Shown piece by piece: positions 36,401 to 44,867 of a stretch of 44,867 nucleotides of DNA (the first letter of the stretch is position 1; the number at the start of each line of letters is the position of its first letter). The position numbers and the translations under genes are program-made. The stretch comes from Choristocarpus tenellus KU-1152 (taxonomy: Eukaryota; Protista; Phaeophyceae): positions 1 through 44,867 of the forward strand of contig CAXNAD020000024.1 in the NCBI GenBank assembly GCA_964200185.2. The letters run 5' to 3'. The notes under the pieces are model-generated. The model searched no databases. It was not told the origin of the DNA and worked only from the letters and a program-made list of their open reading frames with translations.

Positions 36401-39400
36401 ACAACATATATGCATGCTTGTCACAGATAGAAGCATTTTTTTTTTCTATGTTTGTGGTGACTTCAAAATTCATGAAATAATGGAGGTGTTGTTTATCTCC
36501 ACACAATGCAGGAAAACATGAACCTTGAAGATGCCATTGCAAATGACAATGGGCCTAAGGAAATAACTGTTTATTGTCAGCAAGTACCCCAGGTCAAGAT
36601 CGTGGACTTGGCTCCAGGAGATCGCAGCAACAATGAGTGTCTGTGAGTGGCTGATGACATATGTTTGATCTGATTTAAACTGGATTAACAAAATATGCCC
36701 ACCATGGGGGCACCTTAGCTTTTCTTGTCTATTGTGATGTCAACAAAATGATGAGAATTGCAAAGAAGAAATAACATCTACAAAAAGTATGTGCAGGTCT
36801 CTTGAAATGCATGATAATGTCATTGCCGCCAATGTGAGGCCAGAGCAATTTAATGTAAGACATTTGAGGATTTGAATCAATGATTGCATTTTGTGTGCTA
36901 GGTATCATCAGGCATACTATTATTAACCGCTCTGTGAATGTGGAATGGGACTACTTACTAGAAAAGAGGGGTCACATCTATTGGTGTGCTAATGAAACCT
37001 GCCTCAAAGAAATCATGAAAATAATCATTTATGTGGGAATTAAATCAACTATGTATAAAAATTTAATCTTTCTGCAACCTTTCTTTTGTCACATGTAGTT
37101 TGAATTACTCACAAGACATAATTTAGTGGATAAAAATCTATACTAAAGCGAGATGCAGTCAAACATAGGGCAGGGGCATCTCTCAGTGTTGAAGTCCTGG
37201 GTCAAATGATGGGCAAAAGGATCAGTTGGAAGTGTGAAAAAAAGGCAACCAGCATAGGATCAAAGCATTTTCGCTTGTGTTGACATGAGAAGCATCTGAG
37301 ATTGAATTTAGTGGGGAATGCCATAGGGTATGATCCAGTCATGATTTGGGATAGATTTCATTGCTCTGTGTGGACCAAGGCATCCTCGTTTTGTTAAGCC
37401 TATTTTATGCCCAGTTTGCCAGTGCAATTTGAGAATACAATTTGCTTTTACATAGACACTGCTCACTCTTACTGTAACACATACGGTGTATGTAGTCGTA
37501 TTTAAAGCCCAAACATTCTCCTGACCTTTATGCTAGTGTTTTTACATAAATATCACCCCTAATCCCATCTATCTGTACATTCTGTCGTGATTAATCTCTA
37601 TCTTCAGTGTCCTACACATTAGCGCTCCTGACCTGACAGGCAAGCTGGTGCTCAAGTGTGATGGAAGCGTCAATAGTGGAGGGTTTGGAGAGGATTGGTA
37701 GTTGTACTGTGCAATTTACTGAAAGGTAAACTCACAAAAAGAAGGGTTGGGGCCTACGTGGCTGGCTTTTACAGGTTCACAAAAAATGAGTCTACTTTGG
37801 AAAGAACATATCACACAAGGGATCAGTGGTGAGGATCCTAACTCATGTGATAAGATAGACTACCCATTCCATTGTCAAATCATAACACTACATGAGTGGG
37901 CGGATTTGGGGAGTCGTACGTACGTACATAGACACTTTTATTACATAGGCATGCATGTTATAGATTGAAATATTCCATATGTCTTGGCATCACTGGACAG
38001 TGGGAGTAACCAGGTCTACAGAAGATGCTACAATCAAGGAGAGTGGGTGGAACTTGAGGAGAGATACTTTCCACAACCTCACTGCACATCCTAGGGTGTA
38101 TTTTGCTCTCCCACAAAGGCAATACACCGATTCCGGTAGATGGCTTCATATATCATCCATCTTCAACTGTCAAAGATTTCCTCAGTTGAACACAACAACT
38201 AAGTAGAGTACTACAGATGGAAAAATTTATTTCCTTCAATGTAACTTTACCATGAAAGTATGAAGGGCTCCCTCCTTGTTGACAATTGTAAAATATTAAT
38301 AGGGTGTGACTCTGTAGACAAGCATACGCTCACCAGTATCAAGATATCGCCTGAGTCATATAACACATTACACCTGGAAATGCTAAAAAAAAAAGGTTAT
38401 GTTTGCTACACTACTGAAAGTTATTGGACAATGATACAACTTGGGGAATATCTGAATGATGGCATAATGCATATTTAGATGTTATGGTTGGATTGGATAG
38501 TACATCACATGAGTCTGTGAACATAAACATTCAAGGTACAGCATATTACTACTGTAGATTCTTAGCCATTTCCAACAAAATGAATGTGATACGGAATTCT
38601 ATGAAGTACCTCAAGTCCATCATAATTCCGCAGCATCCTCTCCAGATCTTCAGGAGAAACCTTTCTCCACTCTTCCTGCAGTGATGAACATAGAGGAGCA
38701 ACAAGAGGCCCACATGGTAAGGTAGGTAGATTTATCTTTCTTCACCCAACAGCCCTGTGCTCTCAGCTCACAAAAACTGCATGTACTCTCCTGGTTTATG
38801 GCAAGAGTTTTAGTGAAAATGGAGGGCAAAGTAGAGATTTCAAGGTTTGCAGCAGGTAGTCCAAACTTTGGTGGTCAATTGCTGGTTGTGTCTGCTTAGA
38901 AAGTTGGGGGTAAGGTGTTCTTGTAACATCAAGTATCAATCTTGAGGATTTCCTACAATAGCATTAGGCATGATTTTTATTTGGTGCTAGAAAGATTATT
39001 GGCACAGGAATATATATACTTTGGACTATAATGCAGGATGGCTTGAAAAGTCATTAGGACGTCCTCTCTGGGACTAACTGCATGATGTAAGTAAGAGGAT
39101 GAGTAAGTACCTAGAGGAAGGAGAGTGTACTGCTGTATTGCAGGAGCCAAAAATGTACATATTTTCGACAAATTGATAGCATAGCATCTCCCCTTATCAA
39201 ATTGACAAAGAATCTAGGGAATGGATTGCGCAATAGCATATACTTGTCACCTCTCTGGAGTAACTTTCTTCAAGAACTTTGCCTTGCCTCCTTACCATCT
39301 CTTGGACACATGGCAGTGCACACCCTCTTCAAGGTGAAAATCCTGCACAGATTTTATTGTGGTATACCGCATTTTTTTAGTGTTCCTGGAGTAATGGAAG

Positions 39401-39570
39401 AAGGCATCACTGCTAGTGTGTTTCTTAATATCCAAAAAACAGTGTAATCACAGGTCTTTGAGTCGCAAGTACATTTGAGATAGATGAAGTTCAGAGTCTG
39501 CCCTTTGTCTGTCTCTTATCAGGTCTCCTTTGCTGAGCTTACAATAAGCAGTGATGATAGTGAGATTTAA
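33409..39570 (+). CDS. Uncharacterised Cys-rich protein with an N-terminal signal or anchor, about 13 exons, about 408 aa
   Basis: Phase-consistent, stop-free model: 33409-33502, 33702-33925, 34042-34122, 34741-34794, 35381-35520, 35801-35845, 36330-36372 (needs a GC donor), 36512-36642, 36912-36983, 37608-37697, 38001-38046, 38558-38716, 39523-39570 (1227 nt). It has a hydrophobic WLHILFVSFLIMILSCCA segment near the N-terminus and a CpG-retaining 5' region. Several junctions have alternatives. Confidence 0.6.
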
Positions 39571-39999
39571 GCAGCCCAGTTAACTTGCAATATTAACCCC
39601 GTTGTTATTATTACTTCGAAATATTATATCACTATTAATTATGATAATAATAATCATTACTAATATTATTGCATCACATAAGTGTGGAGATTATCCTAAC
39701 CAGAGGTCAGAGTCACTATAACTGCATGACATCTCAAACTACTTTAAGTACAAACTAAATGTTACACTATGACTAATTGTACTGCCTCCGTTCCTGCCGT
39801 GCTTCTCATGCATTGCCTTGTTATTCCTTCCTCCCTTGAATCTTCTACTGGACCTACCCCAAATTTTACACCTTGATCTTGGTCCAGCTTTCTTGTGGCA
39901 TAGCCACAGACAGGATAACAGATGTGCAATATGTTGAAAGTAGAGGTCAAGCTCCTTTTGCCACTGAAAATTTTGGGCCCGACCTCACAGTCGCCATTT

Positions 40000-41690
40000 G
40001 AAGGGATAGAGCTGAAGATAGCAAATCCTTCCTAGTCCATCTGTGGCTCACCTGCAATGCACATAACCAACCTTCTGAAGAATGATGGGGATAATCATCA
40101 TTCATTTAAACCGCTTTGAACCTGGACATGAGTAGGATTAAACCTTTCATGATATTCACTGACAAGGCCAGAAAAGACAAAAGTGGGTTGCAAGATCATA
40201 AATTGAGACGTAGCTACAGATGCAATTATTGCCTACATCGATGACATGGTCAGAGAAGAGAGGGTAGGGCGTTCCTGTAAAATATCAAGATGGTACTGGT
40301 GAGCTGGGACAATTAGCCAAATTCCATTACGGGCAATGGATCAAACGGAGGAAATCATCTGGTTACAACCCTAGAGGAACAGAATTGGGAGAGACTCATC
40401 AAACATTTCCTGTTAGGTGGAAGAAGCTGACTGGTCAAGCAAGGCAGGAGTAGGTAAAGAGTCCTGTTTCTTTGTCATAGCAGACATTACTTTCAACACT
40501 CTGGGGATTCCATGACTATAGCTTGGAGGGGAAAACTTTTATAAAGGTTGAGTAGGATTAGTATGTGGGAACTGAGTCCTTCGTCCTTTCCTCAGATCAA
40601 AGAACAAAGAGGAGCATGATTTCTAGGTGGATGGTGATGGGATATCTCTATGTTTGCATCTATGGCTTCCACACATGGCCAAGCTGCTCATGATGTTTGC
40701 GATCATGACTTCAAACCTAACAAAATTGTACTGGATTTTGTTGGGAGCTGACTGAGACAGTCGACATGAACTAGGATGAAGAGGGCTGTGGTGTTGAAAT
40801 GACCACTAACACAAGTGAGTCAGAACATCAGATAACTGGCTGAGATTAACTTTTTCTGTAACCAGTGGAAGGTGTAAGTCTGCAGACTGAAACAATGCCG
40901 ACAAGGGGCAGAGGAATTGAACATTAGGTTTCCCAGCAATTTCCTTTAAGGTAAATATAAATAGGATGGTTTCTGTCTCATGGAGCTTGTAGTTAAGCTG
41001 CTAACTAACCCCCTATCAGTCGTCTATGATGGCAGATGCCCTTGCCGGACCAGGTGCTGATAAGCAGAAAGAGGCAGTGGAAACCAAGATGAAAGGACAC
41101 TAGATGTTACTTTTCAAAAAGAGTGTGTTCCCTTTGGACACAAGATCATCAAGACACATTATGTTTTCAAGATCAAATAGATGAACAGACATGTGTTGTG
41201 GTGCAAAATGCTTGTCATGGCAAGAGGTTCACTTGGAAAGGGTGGAGTAGTTCGAGACTTACAATACAATGTTTGGTTCCGATGCAATCATATCGTCCTT
41301 GGTACAGTACCTTGTCACAACTGGAACATTCAGGCACTGGACTTCATGCAGGCATATTTAAACAAGTCTCTGCAAGAGCAGGTTTTTGTTAATGTATCAA
41401 TTACCCTCAACCAGCACCTCTATTCGAAAAGCATGTCACGGACGGAATCAGTTTGAAGGTCAACGGAGCATTATTACCCATGGACCTGGGTCCCTCACGC
41501 ACCAGGTATGCTTGCTTTCTCATTCTGGAAAAGCTAATGTTTCTCGCTGGGACGCATTGCTGCATTATTGCCCATCATGCGTTTTTGGCGACGACTAAGT
41601 ACTGTTCAACTATGCCAGATTATCCATGATGCACTATTTATTAGGCAAGGAAAACCAATCAACGCCAGACTGGGAAACTCATGCTGAATC
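40000..41690 (+). mobile_element. Degenerate Ty1/Copia LTR-retrotransposon internal region
   Basis: RVT_2 motifs at about 41100-41600: VPFGHKIIKTHYVFKIK*...CKMLVMARG, HNWNIQALDFMQAYLNKSLQEQVFV, IRKACHGRNQ (for KaLYGLKQ) and VFGDD (for YVDD). Weaker gag-like and zinc-knuckle-like traces lie at about 40200-40500. The left boundary is approximate. Confidence 0.75.
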
Positions 41691-41799
41691 ACGGACGGAG
41701 CATTACTGGATTCTCCTGGGGACAGGTTGTACTATGGACGCAGTGAGGTAGGAGTATCATACTGGTAGGCATACGCGGAGGAATGAAAGTCGATTTGAA

Positions 41800-43860
41800 A
41801 AGCATCCCCGCACCACAAGTAGGTAATGTGAGACATTTCAACTCTCCTTGGTTATGCAGATGCTGGAATGTGCTTGAGCTGGGTTGTGATATCCAGCTAT
41901 GAATTAGAGTAGAACCGTAGTCTGGATACATGAAGTTATCTGCAGCTCACCATCCCTGATGTTCTGGACCTCGCAGATGTGTGGTGTCACCGTGCCAATG
42001 ATAGGCCAGGGTCCCCTTCCCCGTCCACGTGGTAACCATTTAGACGTTAAGCCCTGTTTGCACACACGAGCCACCGTGACAAAATGACCATGACTAAATC
42101 ACGAAAATGGAAATTGGTAATTTTTCACGGCTAGCGGCTTCACGTTGAGGCTGCTTCACGCTGAGGCTGCTTCACGCTGAGGCTGCTTCACATAGAGGCT
42201 GCCAATTAAGCTCAAACTGCTGTCCACTTTCTTGTGCAGTTCTTGACCCCCAATCAATCCTGAGACTTGTTGACGTCTCAGATCATCAGTAAGTGGAATC
42301 TTACCTCACCTAACATCTTGCGTTCTTCACATTGATAATATGGCAGTCTCAAGCACATGTCCATACATCACACGAAAGGATATGGACTGGTAATGCTCTT
42401 TGTATGCCGTATTGAGTAACCAATCCACCGCTCATACAAACTCCACCCAATCACGCAATGACACCCATCAAGCATTCCTATCATTGTACTGATCACTTCA
42501 CGCATCATGCATTGGACCTTTCCATTTGTCCAAGGCGTATTGGCCACAGCAAACATTTATTCACTACGAACACTTCCCTCAATTGCTTCAAAAGCTGATT
42601 CTTGAAATGACGCAATATCACTCACCCACTAGCTTGGTATGCCAATGGATGAACTGTTTCATCTCACACTGTGCTATGACGTCTGCAGGTTTCTGTAGGT
42701 TCCAAGAGCTCTTAAAACCCCTCAGATCCACCAGTACCAGAAGGTACCTTGTAGGCTGCAGTATCGCTAAGTCTGTCTTCTCCCATTGGTCTATCAATCC
42801 CACAGTTAAAGTGTAACACCTTGCCTCAGGTGGCATGTGCAGTTTTACCATAGGGCCGGGCGCCATTTCCTCAGCCTTAGAAACCCTGCAATTCAGATAT
42901 TTTTGCATTAACAAAGTCACAGTAATCTCAATTGTTGACCAGTAGCGATACATTTAAGTTGGTGCAAAGTTGCAGCTTTACCACGAGGAATCCAGACAAT
43001 GCAGATGTTTTGTTGGTCTGCAAAGCTTTAACCTATAAGAAGGGCATAGATGAGGTGGTCTCTACCAAGGCAGGCAATGTCACCAGCATAGAGAGCTTGG
43101 GAATAGAAGACCGCCCCACGAATTTGCTCTCCAGCGATATGCTCAATGGTGTCGTCAAATTGTCCAAGAGTCATCGCCCAATGGAATAATACACTTCGAG
43201 TAGTTCCCTTGTTCAGATTTGCGACAGAAGAGGAAGGATGGAAAATGTACGCCAGATTGAGGTGGTCGGTCACAAAATATGGGTCAGCCCAGCCCCACCA
43301 CAGAAGTCAGTCACTCCATGTGCCTTTCGGTCGCAATGAATATTTCTCCTCTATAGTTCACCTCAGTTGATATCCACAAAAAGACCACAGGGCTTTGTGA
43401 CTCTTATCTTCCACCAAGAATCCATCTGCGAGTGCTTGGATAGGGACTCGTGTGAGGAAACACTCCCAGACCTTGTTTGAGACATCAAGAAACGAGAACA
43501 TCAAAATCCGAACGTGGATGAGAAAGCTCAACAGCCTCACAAGGTGTTATGCACCTATCCATGATTCAGGTCTCACAGGAGTCCAGACCTCAGAAAAGAG
43601 ATGTCGATTAGAAGCAATTTGCTTAGTATCAATGTGGCGTTGCGCCCACATGCGTTCCTCTGCCACGGCTCTATCTAAGAGAAGAAGAGGCTCTATGACT
43701 TCAGGCAGGCGAGATGAGTACAAAAGCAGTTTATCGCCTGCGAAAACTGCATCAGTTCACCACCATTCTCAGGGTATCATAGATCTTGCAGTTCTTCATT
43801 CGGTTCAGGATCATGGCTCACTATGCCTCCAGAATAGAATGTTCCACGCCACTTGATGGT
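41800..43860 (-). mobile_element. Degenerate Ty3/Gypsy pol remnant (RT C-terminus, RNase H, integrase)
   Basis: Motifs occur in Gypsy order on the minus strand: WRGTFYSGGIVSHDPE...PENGGELMQFSQAIN (RT thumb), VTDHLNLAYIFHP...HWAMTLGQFDDTIEHIAGEQ (RNase H), FAVANTPWTNGKVQCMMREVI (integrase) and GHFVTVARV...GPWPII...ICEVQNIRDGE...HVSRLRFY (GPY/F module). Confidence 0.88.
42133..42203. repeat. 16-bp tandem minisatellite, about 4.4 copies
   Basis: The unit GGCTGCTTCACGCTGA is perfect at 42149 and 42165, with variant copies at 42133 and 42181. Confidence 0.92.
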
Positions 43861-44519
43861 TGACGTCCCTCAGTGGGAGGAGATTGTGTCCCTCATGACT
43901 TTGGAACTGAAAGACAACTGGACCTTATCACTCCAGATCTCTGTATAGTAGAATTACTAACAATAATACATGGAGATTAAAAGGGAAGTCCTTTCACTTA
44001 AGGGATTGCACAGGTGCTGATTACTCAAAGTGCAACTGTACAACTCTTTCCTGACAACAGCAGCATGTATAACGTTTTACTCCCAAGGAAGCATAGCAAT
44101 AGTTCAAGACAACGATCCGCCCTAAAAGAGTAATCACTAATCCTATTCGTTCAAACTGTGCAAAAGAGATGTTTGAATAGAGTTTTTGCTTTATGTGGTA
44201 TGGATGAATTAATTGCCGGAGTGAGCAACATCACTCGAGGGGGGGGGAAGGGAGGGGGGCGTGCCCTGGCTCGTTACCTACTGCACACGTTAGCAGACGC
44301 GTCATAACGTCTCTGTGACATTCGCACTGCGTCAGTCGTAGCTGCGTCACTCACTTGTAACAAACCAAAATGAAACGAACTAGCCCAACGAGACACGAAC
44401 CCATGACTCCTGCCGTGCAGAGGTAAATTATTGACCATGAAGCCGCACGCCCATCTAACATTTTTGTTACATGTTGACACCAAGTACCTGGGGGGGGGGG
44501 GAAGGAGTCTACACTAGAG

Positions 44520-44627
44520 TGTCCATTTGGACCAAAACCACGAAAAGTGCACTTTCATTAACCATCCAACGTATTGAACCAAATCACCCAAAAATCGTGA
44601 CATGAAAAAATTGGCTCCAAATGGACA
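44520..44627. repeat. 12-bp perfect inverted repeat pair spanning 108 bp
   Basis: TGTCCATTTGGA (44520-44531) and TCCAAATGGACA (44616-44627). Confidence 0.75.
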
Positions 44628-44867
44628 GCTGCAACCCCTATATTACACACTCCCCAATGAGCGTGCAGAAACGTTGCTGACAAAAGCTCACTCCCGACGC
44701 GAAAGCACGGAATGCACAAAATCAGAAGTAAGGACCTTGCGCAAAGATTTGCTCAAAATGTTAACCAGTTGTTTTTGTGCAAAATAGGACAATAGTGAAG
44801 TGTATCTTATTTTGTGTATTTGAGATTATTGTTTTGAATTGAATCCATGTGATATAACTAATGAGAT

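Noticed and set aside
42133-42203. CRISPR-like repeat array
   Set aside because: The units are contiguous with no spacers, there are no cas genes, and the context is eukaryotic.

Overview
This is eukaryotic nuclear DNA, rich in introns and transposon remnants. It most likely comes from an alga with a secondary red plastid (ochrophyte-like), because one gene starts with a signal peptide and an ASAF bipartite plastid-targeting motif. I rebuilt three spliced genes by hand with consistent splice phases: a plastid-targeted RimP-like ribosome maturation factor (minus strand, 8 exons, about 443 aa), a TlyA-family S4+FtsJ rRNA 2'-O-methyltransferase (plus strand, at least 7 exons, 5' end ambiguous), and an unrecognised Cys-rich protein with a signal-like N-terminus (plus strand, about 13 exons, about 408 aa). 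Possible extra exons upstream of TlyA loosely resemble ATG10 motifs and could splice in frame onto TlyA. The rest is decayed mobile DNA: a PIF/Harbinger element (transposase plus convergent Myb/SANT gene, interrupted by a probable solo LTR), a Ty1/Copia remnant abutting a Ty3/Gypsy remnant, tandem duplications, hairpins and microsatellites. I found no CRISPR array, rRNA or convincing tRNA. All family assignments come from motif recognition by eye, not database searches.
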